Of a DNA stretch of 64,000 bases, positions 1 through 11,441 are shown one piece after another. Every line of letters starts with the position of its first letter. Position 1 is the stretch's first letter. The position numbers and the translations under genes are program-made. This DNA is from Alphaproteobacteria bacterium (GTDB taxonomy: Bacteria > Pseudomonadota > Alphaproteobacteria > Puniceispirillales > Puniceispirillaceae): positions 2,355 to 66,354 of the forward strand of contig JAYOMZ010000005.1 in assembly GCA_038121125.1 (NCBI GenBank). The letters are read 5' to 3'. Below the pieces are notes generated by a model that had not been told where the DNA came from, searched no databases, and was given only the letters and a program-made list of their open reading frames with translations.

Positions 1-198
1 GGCGCCGCCAGAGACAAGGAAAACAGAAGGAAAAGACCTTGAAAATACTGTCTTTGAGACCCGAAATCCCGGGGCTGGCCGGCCAACAAAAAAAGACCGG
101 CGCGATACGCAAAGGCTGAAAGATACCCTTGAATAGGGATGCACGGCCTATCCCCCCTATACCGAAAAGAACAAATAGAAATCAGGATAATTTGAACA

Positions 199-657
199 AT
201 GTTTAAAACCGTCGCCCAATGGCTGAAAAGCGATAGCACGCAAAAACTGGAAGCCGATAATGCTGACGAGCTGGCCGGGCTGGTTGCCGCGCTGATGGTT
301 GAGGCTGCCCTGGCCGATGGCACGGTTGCAGCAGATGAGGCAGCGCTGATAGCAAATGTCATTGCACAGCAATTTGATCTTAGCGCGGAAAAAGCCCGCC
401 AGATGACCAATGAGGCTATCGAGCAAGGCAAGGAGCGTGTGGAATTGCATAGCCTGCTGCGCCGGTTGCGCGAACAGTCCGATTATGAAGAAAGGCTGGG
501 TGTGCTGGAAATGGTCTGGATGGTGGTGCTGGCAGATGGCCGGCTGGATCATATCGAGGTCCAGCTGATGCGGCGTCTGGCAGGCCTGTTATTTGTCTCG
601 GATGTGGATTCAGGATTGGCCGCACAGAAAGCTAAATCCAATCTGGGTCTTGCCTGA
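199..657 (+). CDS. TerB-family (tellurite-resistance TerB / DjlA N-terminal-like) protein
   Basis: 152-aa ORF, acidic and helical, with duplicated segments of the form AALMVEAALADG...E and MVWMVVLADGRLD..E typical of TerB-like domains. AGGA lies 11 nt upstream of the ATG. Confidence 0.65.
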   Translation: MFKTVAQWLKSDSTQKLEADNADELAGLVAALMVEAALADGTVAADEAALIANVIAQQFDLSAEKARQMTNEAIEQGKERVELHSLLRRLREQSDYEERLGVLEMVWMVVLADGRLDHIEVQLMRRLAGLLFVSDVDSGLAAQKAKSNLGLA

Positions 658-717
658 TAAGATGAATTACAGTATCAGGCTAGTCGTCTATTCCTTTTCA
701 GTTTTTCGAGCCTTTCA

Positions 718-1056
718 ATGACTTATATCGTTAATGATAAATGTATCATGTGCAAATATACCGATTGCGTGGAAGTATGCCCGGTAGATTGCTTTTATGA
801 AGGCGAAAATATGCTGGTCATTCATCCCGATGAATGTATTGATTGCGGCGTGTGCGAGCCTGAATGCCCGCCCGAGGCCATCCTGCCGGATACAGAGCCA
901 GGGGCAGATGCCTGGCTGGATCTGAACAAGCGCTTGTCCGAGACCTGGCCAAATATTACCCAGCGCCGGGATCCGCTTGTCAATGCCGATGCCATGCGCG
1001 ATGAACAGAACAAGTTTGAAACCTACTTTACCGAAGCGCCGGGTGAAGGAAACTAG
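718..1056 (+). CDS. fdxA: 7Fe ferredoxin ([3Fe-4S][4Fe-4S], FdxA type)
   Basis: N-terminus [29 protein letters not shown] and second cluster motif [12 protein letters not shown]. Length of 112 aa is typical of ferredoxin I. Confidence 0.9.
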   Translation: MTYIVNDKCIMCKYTDCVEVCPVDCFYEGENMLVIHPDECIDCGVCEPECPPEAILPDTEPGADAWLDLNKRLSETWPNITQRRDPLVNADAMRDEQNKFETYFTEAPGEGN

Positions 1057-1236
1057 CGCTGCGCCTTTTGCCGCTAATTTGATAGTTTTCGGTTACTATG
1101 CTATACTCATTTCGGAGATATATTCTGCGTTGCAAGTACGCGCACGTAATCACTTAAAAGCATATATCGATACGAAAATGCGTTCAAAAAATCGGAACAA
1201 GCCTGATGGTATAATCATCAGCCTTGTAGAGAGAAT

Positions 1237-1740
1237 ATGGCAAAAAAACAAACCTTTACCTATCAAGATGGCGATTTCGTCGTCTATCCTACCCATGGTG
1301 TGGGCAAAATTCACGGCACAGAAAAACAGCAAATCGCAGGCACAGAGGTCACGCTTCTGGTGATTCGCTTTGAGCAGGACAGAATGACCTTGCGCGTGCC
1401 GCTGGAAAAGGCCATGACCCTTGGCTTGCGCACCCTGTCTTCGCGCAAACATATGGATGATGCGATTACCACGCTGAAATCCAAGGCAAAGGTAAAGCGG
1501 GCCATGTGGTCACGCCGCGCCCAGGAATATGAAGCCAAGATTAAATCCGGTGATCCGGTGAATATCGCGGAAGTTGTCCGTGATTTGCGTAAACGCGATC
1601 CCAATACCGAGCAATCCTATTCCGAGCGTCAAATGTATCAGGCCGCACTGGAACGTCTGGCACGTGAATTTGCCGCTATCGAAGATATCGATCAGGATAC
1701 CGCTGCTGTTCGGCTGGAAGATTTAATGGATGCCGCCTAG
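1237..1740 (+). CDS. CarD/CdnL-family RNA polymerase-binding transcription factor
   Basis: FxxGDFVVYPTHGVGKI Tudor-like N-terminal motif and a 167-aa length. It sits next to fdxA, as is common in Alphaproteobacteria. Confidence 0.9.
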   Translation: MAKKQTFTYQDGDFVVYPTHGVGKIHGTEKQQIAGTEVTLLVIRFEQDRMTLRVPLEKAMTLGLRTLSSRKHMDDAITTLKSKAKVKRAMWSRRAQEYEAKIKSGDPVNIAEVVRDLRKRDPNTEQSYSERQMYQAALERLAREFAAIEDIDQDTAAVRLEDLMDAA

Positions 1741-1886
1741 CTGCTGGTTTGCGGCATAGCTGTTTATCCCGTTTATTCGATCTGTTTTTTAAGCGTCATT
1801 CCACCATTTGAAATGACTGCCCATTTTGTGGTGCGCTTTGATCTGGGCGCTCCGCCTGTCCGTATAGAAGATACGGAGAAGGTATC

Positions 1887-2774
1887 ATGGCGCAGCTTAA
1901 TCAGACAGATACAAAAAACGCGGATAACCAGTTCATTCGCAAGGTAATGAAAAAACCGTTGCTGGAGCGCGATTACGAGCTGGAGCTGGCGACGCGCTGG
2001 CGCGAGAATGACGATCACCGTGCGATGCATGAGCTGGTGCTGGCCTATGGCCGGCTGGTGGTCAGCGCGGCCTCCAAATATCGCCATTATGGATTGTCTC
2101 TTGGCGATTTGATCCAGGAAGGCAATATCGGCCTGATGCAGGCCGCACGCCGTTTTGAGCCAGAGCGCGGTTTTCGTTTTTCTACCTATGCGGCCTGGTG
2201 GATACGTGCTTCTATTCAGGATCATATTCTTCGCAACTGGTCGATTGTCCGCACCGGTACAACCGCTGCCCATAAATCCCTGTTTTTCAGGCTAAAGCGT
2301 TTGCGCGCCCGCATTGGCGAGGCAGATGGCGGCCCCTTGTCAGATGAAGGCCGGCAGAAAATTGCAGAAACCATCGGGGTAAATGTCAATGATGTGGTGT
2401 TGATGGAACAACGCCTGTCAGGGCCTGATTCTTCGCTGAATATGCCGCTCTCTTCTGAAAGTGACAGCGAGGCTCAGAATTTTCTGGCCGACACACGCCC
2501 TGACCCCGAAGAAGTGGTGGCCTCCATGCATGATGCCAAAATTCTGTCCGAGCGGCTGAATGAGGCATTGAATGAGCTGACCCCGCGGGAAAGGCTTATT
2601 ATTTTTCGCCGCCGTCTGAATGATGAGGGGGCAACGCTGGAACAATTGGGCGGTGCGCTGGGGGTAAGCAAGGAGCGGGTACGCCAGCTGGAACATCGCG
2701 CCTTGAAAAAGCTGCGGGTAAGTTTGGAAGCCCAAACCGATATGCCGCTGGATTTATTACCGCAATTATCATAA
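1887..2774 (+). CDS. rpoH: RNA polymerase sigma-32 (heat-shock sigma factor RpoH)
   Basis: Region 2 LIQEGNIGLMQAARRFEPERGFRFSTYAAWWIRASIQDHIL, an RpoH-box-like segment WSIVRTGTTAAHKSLFFRLKRLR, and the region 4 HTH LGVSKERVRQLEHRALKKLR. Confidence 0.9.
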   Translation: MAQLNQTDTKNADNQFIRKVMKKPLLERDYELELATRWRENDDHRAMHELVLAYGRLVVSAASKYRHYGLSLGDLIQEGNIGLMQAARRFEPERGFRFSTYAAWWIRASIQDHILRNWSIVRTGTTAAHKSLFFRLKRLRARIGEADGGPLSDEGRQKIAETIGVNVNDVVLMEQRLSGPDSSLNMPLSSESDSEAQNFLADTRPDPEEVVASMHDAKILSERLNEALNELTPRERLIIFRRRLNDEGATLEQLGGALGVSKERVRQLEHRALKKLRVSLEAQTDMPLDLLPQLS

Positions 2775-2801
2775 ATTAATCTCAGACGCCTTTGAATAGC
2801 T

Positions 2802-3797
2802 ATGCAAATGCACGGCCTGTCAAAAGGTGAGGCGAGGTCTGATTACGTGCATGCCCTAGATGCGGAAACAACGCTATATGCGCCGGTAACCCCCTTTAAT
2901 ACCGGCTTTTTAAAGCGTGGGGAGCATTCCATCTATTACGAGGAATGCGGAAACCCCGATGGCATGGCTGTGTTTTTTGTACATGGCGGGCCAGGGGCGG
3001 GATGTGCGCCGACCCATCGCCGCTTGTTTGATCCTGAAAAATATCGTGTTGTGCTGTTTGATCAGCGCGGCTGTGGCCGTTCCGAGCCCTATGGCATCCT
3101 GAAACAAAATACCACGCATGAACTGGTCGAAGATATGGAAGGTCTGCGCATAAAGCTGGGCATTGATAAATTTATTCTGTTTGGCGGCTCGTGGGGGTCA
3201 ACGCTGGCACTGGCCTATGGGGTTGCCTATCCCGATAATTGTCTAGGCTTTGTTTTGCGGGGAATCTTTCTGGGCAGCCATGAGGAGATTAACTGGTTTT
3301 TATATGATATGGGGCGGTTTTTCCCCGAAGCCTATGAACGGTTTGTCAGCCATATCAGCCCGGCCGAGAGAAGCGATATCCTGTCTGCCTATTATCGGCG
3401 TTTGACCAGCCCCAGCCGGTCTATTGCGATGGCAGCGGCAAATCACTGGGCAGCGTATGAAAATTCCTGTGCTACCTTGCGTGCCGTGCTGCGTGATGGT
3501 GGCAGTTCTGCCTATACATTGGCGCTATTAGAGGCGCATTATTTCCTCTCAGACTGTTTTATGCCAGAAGAATATCTTTTGGGGAATATTCACACGATCC
3601 GTCATTTGCCTGCCTATATTGTGCAAGGGCGATATGATATTATCTGCCCGCCTTTTTCAGCAAAAAAACTGGCCGATATCTGGGGGGACAAGGCGAAATT
3701 GAAATTGATGGATAATGCCGGCCATTCTGCTTTTGAAAGCAGTATCGTGCCGCATCTGTTGCGCGGTCTGGATGCAATTTCCAAACAGGCCGGATAG
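2802..3797 (+). CDS. pip: Prolyl aminopeptidase (proline iminopeptidase, alpha/beta hydrolase)
   Basis: YYEECGNPDGMAVFFVHGGPGAG, LFDQRGCGRSEP and the nucleophile elbow GGSWGSTLA. The true start may be a few codons downstream (second ATG at 2808). Confidence 0.88.
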   Translation: MQMHGLSKGEARSDYVHALDAETTLYAPVTPFNTGFLKRGEHSIYYEECGNPDGMAVFFVHGGPGAGCAPTHRRLFDPEKYRVVLFDQRGCGRSEPYGILKQNTTHELVEDMEGLRIKLGIDKFILFGGSWGSTLALAYGVAYPDNCLGFVLRGIFLGSHEEINWFLYDMGRFFPEAYERFVSHISPAERSDILSAYYRRLTSPSRSIAMAAANHWAAYENSCATLRAVLRDGGSSAYTLALLEAHYFLSDCFMPEEYLLGNIHTIRHLPAYIVQGRYDIICPPFSAKKLADIWGDKAKLKLMDNAGHSAFESSIVPHLLRGLDAISKQAG

Positions 3798-3930
3798 CCC
3801 CTGAACCCTGTCCAAAAGGATAGGTTCCTATCCATATTAGTTAAAACTTAAAAACTATTGTACAAAAACATCCTATACGTTATGCAACCTTTAGTGTTAT
3901 CTTTTGCGCGAGCGATCATAAGGAAAGACA

Positions 3931-4386
3931 ATGGCTGAAAATAATGACAAGAATTTCAGGGTCACCAATAATAACGCGGTTGATATGCATGTTGGCAAGC
4001 GGGTGCGTTTGCGCCGGACATTGCTGGGTATGTCGCAGGAACAGCTCGGGGCTTCTTTGAATATCACTTTTCAGCAGGTACAGAAATATGAACGCGGGGC
4101 AAACCGTATCAGCGCATCACGCCTTTGGGATATTGCCCAGATCATCGATGTGCCAATAAGCTATTTTTTCGATGATATGACCGATGATGTGATGCAATCC
4201 TCGCCGCGCCGTATAAGCCGCGGGGCAGAACATACGCTGGATGATGATTCTATTCGTGATCCGATGGCACGGCGGGAAACACTGGAACTGGTTCGCACCT
4301 ATTATTCTATTGAAAAACCGAAAGTGCGGAAAAGAATTGCCGAAATGGTCAAGGCAATCGCGGTGACCATCAACGAAAAGCGCTAA
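3931..4386 (+). CDS. XRE-family helix-turn-helix transcriptional regulator (PraR-like, conserved in Alphaproteobacteria)
   Basis: HTH core VGKRVRLRRTLLGMSQEQLGASLNITFQQVQKYERGANRISASRLWDIAQ followed by VPISYFFDD. Confidence 0.8.
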   Translation: MAENNDKNFRVTNNNAVDMHVGKRVRLRRTLLGMSQEQLGASLNITFQQVQKYERGANRISASRLWDIAQIIDVPISYFFDDMTDDVMQSSPRRISRGAEHTLDDDSIRDPMARRETLELVRTYYSIEKPKVRKRIAEMVKAIAVTINEKR

Positions 4387-4420
4387 TTTTTGCCGCGATA
4401 AACAACAGCACGGAGCTTTT

Positions 4421-4705
4421 TTGGTAGTCATGGAAGAAGATAACAAGACAAAAGGCACATCGCCTGAGGCAGGGCTGGAAACGCTAAGCTTTGAAGAGGC
4501 GCTGAGCCAGCTGGAAGCGATTGTTGATCAGCTGGAGCGGGGCGATGTTTCTCTGGACAGGGCAATAGATGCCTATAGCCGCGGGATGGCATTGAAAACC
4601 CATTGTCAGGCACGTCTGGAAGAAGCCCGGCTAAAGGTAGAGCAGATAAAGCTGCCAGAAGAGGGCGGGGCTGTGCGTACCACCCCATTTGACCCTGCTA
4701 GCTGA
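4421..4705 (+). CDS. xseB: Exodeoxyribonuclease VII small subunit
   Basis: LSFEEALSQLEAIVDQLERGDVSLDRAIDAYSRGMAL. Start is TTG at 4421 (GGAG 5 nt upstream) or ATG at 4430. The stop overlaps the ispA ATG (TGATG). Confidence 0.85.
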   Translation: MVVMEEDNKTKGTSPEAGLETLSFEEALSQLEAIVDQLERGDVSLDRAIDAYSRGMALKTHCQARLEEARLKVEQIKLPEEGGAVRTTPFDPAS

Positions 4706-5607
4706 TGGCTGGCACGCCCCTTATCCTACAACAGGATGCCGAGCAGACTTCTGTCTGGCTGGAGGATTATTTTAATCGCCTGGATAGCGCCAAAGCGCCG
4801 CATTTGCTTGCGGCTATGCGCTATTCTGCGATGAATGGTGGCAAGCGGGTGCGTGCAAGCCTGGTATTATCTGCTGCCAGGCTGGCCAGCGCTAACACAG
4901 GCGCGCCTTTGCCAGCCCATCTGGTGGTCGCCGGTGCGGTAGAAATGCTTCATGCCTATTCGCTTATACATGATGATTTACCGGCTATGGATGATGCCGA
5001 TTTGCGCCGCGGGGTGGCAGCTTGTCACAAGGCATTTGATGAAGCGACCGCTATTTTAGCTGGTGATGCGCTGCAAACAGAGGCATTTTCTATCCTGTCC
5101 CGCCCGGGATTAATGGCAGATGCAGAACAGCAATTACGCCTGATAGCGATATTGGCCGCTGCATCCGGGCAAGGCGGTATGGCAGGCGGGCAAATGCTGG
5201 ATCTGCTGGCAGAGACCGGCACACCTGATTTAGCCGAAACCCGGAAAATGCAGGAACTGAAAACAGGGGCGCTTATTCAGGCTGCCGCAATGATGGGCGC
5301 AATCGTAGGGGGCGGGGATGAAAAACTGGTAAAGGCGGTGGAGAGATTTTCCAGCCATTTAGGGCTGGCTTTTCAGATTGCCGATGATTTGCTGGATTAT
5401 CAGGCAGATGCAGAACAGATCGGCAAGCCGGCTGGCCGCGATGCTGTACAGGGAAAAGCCAGTTTTGTTGAATTTCTGGGGCTGGCAGAAGCGCGCGCCA
5501 AAGCCGATAGCCTGATAGACGAGGCCTGTGCCAGTCTGGATGATTACGGGGCCCAGGCAGATGGTTTACGCGGGCTGGCAGATTTTGTTATAAACCGAAA
5601 TCATTAA
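4705..5607 (+). CDS. ispA: Polyprenyl (farnesyl/geranylgeranyl) diphosphate synthase
   Basis: First Asp-rich motif LIHDDLPAMDDADLRRG and second motif FQIADDLLD. xseB-ispA-dxs order matches E. coli. Confidence 0.9.
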   Translation: MAGTPLILQQDAEQTSVWLEDYFNRLDSAKAPHLLAAMRYSAMNGGKRVRASLVLSAARLASANTGAPLPAHLVVAGAVEMLHAYSLIHDDLPAMDDADLRRGVAACHKAFDEATAILAGDALQTEAFSILSRPGLMADAEQQLRLIAILAAASGQGGMAGGQMLDLLAETGTPDLAETRKMQELKTGALIQAAAMMGAIVGGGDEKLVKAVERFSSHLGLAFQIADDLLDYQADAEQIGKPAGRDAVQGKASFVEFLGLAEARAKADSLIDEACASLDDYGAQADGLRGLADFVINRNH

Positions 5608-5709
5608 TGCGCTCGTATAGAGACCAGGCAACATTATCTTTTTGGTAATGTTATCAGCTGCACCGTAGGCTAAGACGGTTTTTTTAAGGAGCATGGATAG
5701 GAGAGGGAA

Positions 5710-7629
5710 GTGACGGGGCCGCAAACACCACTTCTGGATAAAATTACCTCTGTTGAAGCCTTGCGCGGCTTAAGCGAAGCCCAATTGCCGCAATTGGCAG
5801 ATGAAGTGCGCCGCGAGATGATCCGTGCGGTGTCCCAGACAGGCGGGCATTTGGGTGCCGGGCTTGGCGTGGTAGAGCTGACTGTTGCCTTGCATTATGT
5901 CTTTGATACGCCTGCCGATCGCCTTATTTGGGATGTCGGGCATCAGGCCTATCCGCATAAAATATTAACCGGCCGGCGCGCCCAGATGGCCAGCCTGCGC
6001 CAGGAAGGCGGCATATCAGGCTTTACCAAGCGATCTGAATCCGAATTTGACCCCTTTGGGGCGGGACATTCCTCCACTTCTGTTTCTGCTGCACTTGGCA
6101 TGGCCACAGCCAGAGATTTCAAGGGCGGCCATAACAAGGTGATTGCGGTGATTGGCGATGGGGCGATGAGCGCCGGCATGGCCTTTGAAGGGCTGAATAA
6201 TGCCGGTGCATCCGAAAGCGATGTCATTGTTATCCTCAATGATAATGATATGTCGATTGCCCCGCCTGTGGGAGCGATGTCTGCCTATTTATCCGAGCTG
6301 ATATCCTCACAACCCTTTCATTCCATTCGGGGTCTGGTCAAGGAAGTGGCTAGCCGTTTTCCGGCTGAAATTGAGCGCACCGCTAAACGGGCAAAAAATC
6401 TGGCACGCGAGCTGGTAAGTGGCCATAGCCTGTTTAACGAGCTGGGCTTTTTCCATATCGGGCCGATTGACGGGCATGATTTGAACCATCTGTTGCCGAT
6501 ATTACGCAATTTAAAAGATGGCCAGATAGGTGGGCCTGTTCTGGTTCATGTGGTGACCGAAAAAGGGCGGGGCCATCCTTTTTCCAGCCCGTCAGCGGAA
6601 AAATATCATGCTGTGCCGAAATTTGATGTCATTACAGGCGAGCATTCAAAATCTGCCAGCAACAAGCCCAGCTATACTTCTGTCTTTGCCGAAACCCTAA
6701 CAGATCTGGCCAGGCAGGACAGCGATATTGTGGCGATTACGGCTGCAATGCCTTCTGGTACGGGGCTGAATAAAATGGCGAAATCCTGTCCCTCGCAAGT
6801 GTTTGATGTGGGCATTGCCGAACAGCATGCCGTTACCTTTGCCGCCGGGCTGGCCAGTGAGGGGATGAAACCCTTTGTCGCGATTTATTCTACCTTTTTG
6901 CAACGCGGCTATGACCAGCTTGTCCATGATGTGGCGATACAAAATCTGCCTGTCCGATTTGCCATTGACAGAGCCGGGGTGGTAGGCGCAGACGGGGCAA
7001 CCCATGCAGGGGTATATGACTTGGCCTATCTGTCCTGTCTGCCAAATATGATGATTATGTGTCCGGCCGATGAAGCAGAATTAAAGCATATGACCTTTAC
7101 CGCTGGCCATTATGATGACGGGCCGTCTGCTTTGCGCTATCCGCGCGGTACGGGTACAGGGGTCAGTCTGGATGTCGCGCCGGAAATACTGGAAATTGGC
7201 AAGGCGCGTACGCTTCGCCAGGGCAGGGATATCGCTATCCTGTCGCTTGGTACAATGCTGCAAAATTGCGAGGCTGTTGCAGATAAGCTGGAGGCAGAAG
7301 GGGTGAGCACCAGCCTGGTGGATGCCCGCTTTGCCAAGCCCTTTGATAAGGACTGTATCAAAGCCCTTGCCCAAAATCATTTAGCTATGCTGATTGTCGA
7401 GGAAAGCAGCCCTGGCGGATTTTCTGCCCATATTTTGCAATATCTGGCAGCAGAGGGATGTCTGGATGGCACACTGAAAATTCGCTGTGCCAGCTTGCCA
7501 GACAGCTATCTGGATCATGCTGAACGCGACCGCCAGTTGGAAATATCAGGACTGGATGTAACATCGCTTACCCGGCTGGCACTGGGGCTGGTACAACCAA
7601 AAAGGCAGGCAGGGGACGCAGCCAGCTAG
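5710..7629 (+). CDS. dxs: 1-deoxy-D-xylulose-5-phosphate synthase
   Basis: GTG start preceded by GGAGAGGGAA. Motifs [37 protein letters not shown], the TPP motif [18 protein letters not shown], and the length (639 aa) all fit Dxs. Confidence 0.97.
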   Translation: MTGPQTPLLDKITSVEALRGLSEAQLPQLADEVRREMIRAVSQTGGHLGAGLGVVELTVALHYVFDTPADRLIWDVGHQAYPHKILTGRRAQMASLRQEGGISGFTKRSESEFDPFGAGHSSTSVSAALGMATARDFKGGHNKVIAVIGDGAMSAGMAFEGLNNAGASESDVIVILNDNDMSIAPPVGAMSAYLSELISSQPFHSIRGLVKEVASRFPAEIERTAKRAKNLARELVSGHSLFNELGFFHIGPIDGHDLNHLLPILRNLKDGQIGGPVLVHVVTEKGRGHPFSSPSAEKYHAVPKFDVITGEHSKSASNKPSYTSVFAETLTDLARQDSDIVAITAAMPSGTGLNKMAKSCPSQVFDVGIAEQHAVTFAAGLASEGMKPFVAIYSTFLQRGYDQLVHDVAIQNLPVRFAIDRAGVVGADGATHAGVYDLAYLSCLPNMMIMCPADEAELKHMTFTAGHYDDGPSALRYPRGTGTGVSLDVAPEILEIGKARTLRQGRDIAILSLGTMLQNCEAVADKLEAEGVSTSLVDARFAKPFDKDCIKALAQNHLAMLIVEESSPGGFSAHILQYLAAEGCLDGTLKIRCASLPDSYLDHAERDRQLEISGLDVTSLTRLALGLVQPKRQAGDAAS

Positions 7630-7688
7630 GCAAGCTCTTTTAAAAAACAGGCCGAATGATAGTAAAAGTTGAGTGGGCCGGAAGTTAG

Positions 7689-8441
7689 GTGATGACAGGG
7701 GTGAAAAAGGGGCGTGCCGATCTGGTACTGGTACAGCGCGGGCTGGTACCAAGCCGCGAGAAAGCCCGTGCGCTTATCCGTGAAAAGGCGGTGATGCTGG
7801 ATGGGCTGGCTCTGACCAAACCTTCTCAAACAGTTCCCTTTTCCGGGCATTTCGAAATAGATGATACCCATCTCCGCTGGGTCAGCCGAGGCGGGTTAAA
7901 GCTGGAAGTAGCGATGGACAGCTTTGATCTAGCCCCGCTGGACGGGGCGATCTGTATTGATGTTGGCGCCAGTACAGGCGGTTTTAGCGATGTATTGCTT
8001 CGCTATGGGGCGGGGCATATATATGCGGTTGATGTCGGGCATGGCCAGCTGGCCGATAGTCTGGCAGCCGATAAACGGATAACTAATCTGGAAAAAACCC
8101 ATGCCCGCGACATAGATGACCGGCTGATCCCCCAGCCCGTTGATTTGATTGTCTGCGATCTTTCCTTTATTTCGGTCACAAAGGCTCTGTCCCCGGCACT
8201 GGCACTGGCACGTTCTGGCGGCAAGCTGGTTACATTGATAAAACCGCAATTTGAAGCAGGGCGCGCTGCCCTTGGCAAGGGCGGCGTGGTACGCAGTGAA
8301 AAAGACAGGCAAGCCGCCATTGACCTGGTCAAAGCCTTTATTTGCCATGAATGTGGCTGGCAGGAAATAGGGCTAATCCTGTCCCCTGTCACCGGGGCAG
8401 ACGGGAATATAGAATATCTGTTTTGCGCGGAAAAACCCTGA
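7689..8441 (+). CDS. tlyA: TlyA-family rRNA (cytidine-2'-O)-methyltransferase
   Basis: S4-like N-terminus RADLVLVQRGLVPSREKARALI, YVSRGGLKLE-like WVSRGGLKLE, and SAM motif IDVGASTGGFSDVLL. ATG at 7692 is an alternative to GTG at 7689. Confidence 0.9.
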   Translation: MMTGVKKGRADLVLVQRGLVPSREKARALIREKAVMLDGLALTKPSQTVPFSGHFEIDDTHLRWVSRGGLKLEVAMDSFDLAPLDGAICIDVGASTGGFSDVLLRYGAGHIYAVDVGHGQLADSLAADKRITNLEKTHARDIDDRLIPQPVDLIVCDLSFISVTKALSPALALARSGGKLVTLIKPQFEAGRAALGKGGVVRSEKDRQAAIDLVKAFICHECGWQEIGLILSPVTGADGNIEYLFCAEKP

Positions 8442-8452
8442 GCTGCGCTATC

Positions 8453-9550
8453 TTAACGCGGCAACAGCCCTGTCTGTGCGTGATGGCGCATAAGCTGATC
8501 CAAAAGAACAATAGCCAGCATGGCTTGTGCAACCGGAACACCCCTGATGCCAACACATGGATCATGGCGGCCTTTGGTGATGACTTCTGTTTCCTGTCCA
8601 TCGCGGTCAATGGATTTGCGCGGCGTCAGGATAGAGGAGGTGGGCTTAATCGCAACCCTTACCACAATATCCTGGCCAGTTGAAATGCCGCCCAATACCC
8701 CGCCATTATGGTTAGACAGGAAAACAGGCTTGCCATCCTTGCCCATCCGCATCTCGTCCCCTGCCAGATGGCCGGGCAGTGCCGATAGTCCAAAGCCAGA
8801 GCCAATCTCTACGCCTTTTGCTGCATTAATGCTCATCATCGCCGAAGCGATTTCTGCATCCAGCTTGCCATAAAGGGGTTGACCCAGACCAGCTGGAATA
8901 CCGGTTGCAACAATTTCCAGAACCGCCCCTGCTGATGAGCCGCTTTTTCGCACCTCATCCAGATAGCTTTCCCAATTTTTTGCTGCCACGCTGTCACAAC
9001 AGAAAAAGGGGTTTTGGTCAATTTGTCCGATATCGAAATTTTTTCTATCAATCTCATGCGGGCCGATTTGTACCACCGAGCCAAATAGCTGATAGCTATC
9101 GCCCAAAATCTTTTTCAGGGCGATATCGGCGATGGCCCCTGCGGCTACCCTTACCGCTGTCTCTCTGGCAGAAGAGCGGCCACCGCCGCGATAGTCGCGA
9201 TGCCCGTATTTTGCATCATAGGTATAATCGGCATGACCCGGGCGATATTGTTTGGCGATATCCCCGTAATCCTTGGAACGCTGGTCAGTATTTTGAATGA
9301 CAAGCGATATGGGCGTGCCGGTCGTTTGCCCCTCAAATACGCCGGACAATATCTCTACCGCATCTGCTTCTTGTCGCTGGGTTACAAACCGGCTTTGGCC
9401 AGGTTTGCGCCTGTCCAAATAGGGCTGAATATCTGCCTCGCTCAGAAACAGGCCGGGCGGCACACCATCAACGATACAGCCAATAGCCTTGCCATGGCTT
9501 TCCCCAAAGCTGGTAAAGGAAAATAATGTACCAAAACTGTTATCGCCCAT
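8453..9550 (-). CDS. aroC: Chorismate synthase
   Basis: [28 protein letters not shown] and [17 protein letters not shown] signatures; 365 aa. Confidence 0.97.
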   Translation of the reverse strand: MGDNSFGTLFSFTSFGESHGKAIGCIVDGVPPGLFLSEADIQPYLDRRKPGQSRFVTQRQEADAVEILSGVFEGQTTGTPISLVIQNTDQRSKDYGDIAKQYRPGHADYTYDAKYGHRDYRGGGRSSARETAVRVAAGAIADIALKKILGDSYQLFGSVVQIGPHEIDRKNFDIGQIDQNPFFCCDSVAAKNWESYLDEVRKSGSSAGAVLEIVATGIPAGLGQPLYGKLDAEIASAMMSINAAKGVEIGSGFGLSALPGHLAGDEMRMGKDGKPVFLSNHNGGVLGGISTGQDIVVRVAIKPTSSILTPRKSIDRDGQETEVITKGRHDPCVGIRGVPVAQAMLAIVLLDQLMRHHAQTGLLPR

Positions 9551-9554
9551 TTTA

Positions 9555-10367
9555 TCAGACTACAGAAATATCAGGCGCATCCACCGCCTTCATGCCGACC
9601 ACATGATAGCCGCAATCCACATGATGGGTCTCGCCGGATACACCGGAGGAAAGATCGGATAACAGATATAAACCGGAGCCGCCAACATCCTCCAGCGTGA
9701 CATTGCGCTTAAGCGGCGAGTTATATTCATTCCATTTCAAAATATATCTGAAATCGCCAATACCCGATGCGGCCAGTGTTTTCATCGGCCCTGCGGAAAG
9801 GCCGTTAACACGGATATTTCTGCCGCCCAAATCGACCGCCAGATAGCGCACAGAGGCTTCCAGCGCCGCCTTGGCAACGCCCATCACATTATAATGGGGC
9901 ATGACCCGCTCTGCCCCGTAATAGGTCAGGGTCAGTAATGAGCCGCCATCAGGCATCATTGCGGCCGCCCGGCGGGCAATGCTGGTAAAGGAATAAACAG
10001 AAATATCCATTGTACGGGTGAAATTATCGCGGCTGGTATCGACATATTCGCCCTTTAATTCCTCTTTATCGGAATAGGCGATAGCGTGCAGGACAAAATC
10101 CAGCTTGCCCCATTTTTCCTTTAGCGTGTCAAAGACGCTGTCTATTGAGGCTTCGTCTGTTACATCGCATGGCATGACCATATCGCTGCCAACAGAAGCA
10201 GCAAGCGGTTCAACCCGCTTTTTCAGCGCATCGCCCTGATAGGTAAAGGCCAGCTCTGCACCGGCCGCAGCGGCTTGTGCTGCAATGCCCCAGGCGATGG
10301 ATCTGTCATTGGCAACGCCCATAATCAGGCCGCGTTTTCCGTTCATAATCGCTGATGATTGAGACAT
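9555..10367 (-). CDS. fabI: Enoyl-[acyl-carrier-protein] reductase (NADH), FabI
   Basis: [21 protein letters not shown]-terminus, the [12 protein letters not shown] catalytic Tyr/Lys region and the [12 protein letters not shown]-terminus. Confidence 0.95.
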   Translation of the reverse strand: MSQSSAIMNGKRGLIMGVANDRSIAWGIAAQAAAAGAELAFTYQGDALKKRVEPLAASVGSDMVMPCDVTDEASIDSVFDTLKEKWGKLDFVLHAIAYSDKEELKGEYVDTSRDNFTRTMDISVYSFTSIARRAAAMMPDGGSLLTLTYYGAERVMPHYNVMGVAKAALEASVRYLAVDLGGRNIRVNGLSAGPMKTLAASGIGDFRYILKWNEYNSPLKRNVTLEDVGGSGLYLLSDLSSGVSGETHHVDCGYHVVGMKAVDAPDISVV

Positions 10368-10607
10368 ATAACCCTCTTTAAACTGTAGATATCTCGTTTT
10401 AATGGTGTCTGCTGGCCGGCTATCTGCACTTTGCTCTCTGCAAAGCCAAAAGATATCCCGGCCAAAATCTATGGATTAGATCTAGCAAATTCAGCGCGAT
10501 AAATCCAGCCAGATAGAATAGTCCGGACTGAAACAGGAAAACGGTAACATCCGGCCTGTACTATTCAGGATATAAAGCCCAATCCAGAGGGAAATCCGGC
10601 TATCTGT

Positions 10608-11159
10608 CTAGTTCAGAGAATAGCTGACCTGTTTTCTGATCTCGACCCTGTCCCCAACCGAGGCCGGACTTGGATCTTCAATGGTCAGAATGCGGCCATC
10701 TGCTTCAATTTGCAGGCGGTATCCGATGGTTTTTGTGATTTCCTCTTCCAGCAGGATACGCTTGGTTTGACAGACCTCCTGCTGGCGATAGCCGACAATA
10801 TTGCCTTGCTGGGTGCTGTTTTTGGCATGTTGGCGCCCCAGCAATGCCCCGGCAACCGCCCCGGCTGCCCCGCCCCCGTCTGCACTGGATAATTTATTGC
10901 CTACCGCAGAGCCGATCAGACCGCCAATGATCATCGAGCCTATTTCATCACCCTGTTTGCCCTCGCCATATACCGGTACTTCTTCAATGGCGCAGATACG
11001 CTCATCTTTCGGGGTTTTGCGAATATAGGATTGGGTAAGGATGTCTACTTTGGTTACTGTTCCCACAACGCTTTCTATACGGGTTTCTGCAAAGCTGGCA
11101 GAGGCTGGTATAATCATGCCCGCTATAACAACCAGTGACATAAAAGAAAATTTTTTCAT
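10608..11159 (-). CDS. Secreted glycine-zipper 2TM domain protein (YcfJ-like)
   Basis: I trimmed the 292-aa ORF to the ATG at 11159, which gives the signal-peptide-like N-terminus MKKFSFMSLVVIAGMIIPASASFA. It has a Gly-zipper GSMIIGGLIGSAVGN...GGGAAGAVAGALLG and two conserved-looking Cys flanking it, as in E. coli YcfJ. Confidence 0.7.
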   Translation of the reverse strand: MKKFSFMSLVVIAGMIIPASASFAETRIESVVGTVTKVDILTQSYIRKTPKDERICAIEEVPVYGEGKQGDEIGSMIIGGLIGSAVGNKLSSADGGGAAGAVAGALLGRQHAKNSTQQGNIVGYRQQEVCQTKRILLEEEITKTIGYRLQIEADGRILTIEDPSPASVGDRVEIRKQVSYSLN

Positions 11160-11441
11160 GGCTCTAGAATATCCTGTAAAAAGCAAGTTTGTTGCGCACC
11201 GGTTTTTATCGGCGCAGAATAAAAATACGCACAGATAATGGCAAATTTTAGGCATGGTTTTATCGGCTATTTTTTGCCCTGATAAACAGGCTGTATCTGT
11301 GAGGTCAGGCATCAAACAGATAGGCAAAATTGTCCTTTGGGCGATGCTTGTTTTTCTGCTGTTCAGACCTAATATAGGGGGTGGAAGCTGTTCTGCCGCG
11401 CCGTGCAGGAAAATCACAAATAGTTTAAGGAGATATCTTTT

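Noticed and set aside
1-42. A possible 3' end of an upstream plus-strand CDS (frame 1 reads ...GAARDKENRRKRP then a stop).
   Set aside because: It is only 13 codons long and cannot be identified or distinguished from non-coding sequence.
10416-10606. The 11-mer CCGGCTATCTG occurs twice in the fabI upstream spacer (10416-10426 and 10596-10606). Its reverse complement occurs again at 47505-47515.
   Set aside because: Exact 11-mer pairs are expected many times by chance in 2 x 64 kb. The within-spacer pair is only marginally unlikely given the number of spacers examined. No flanking structure suggests a REP or MITE element.
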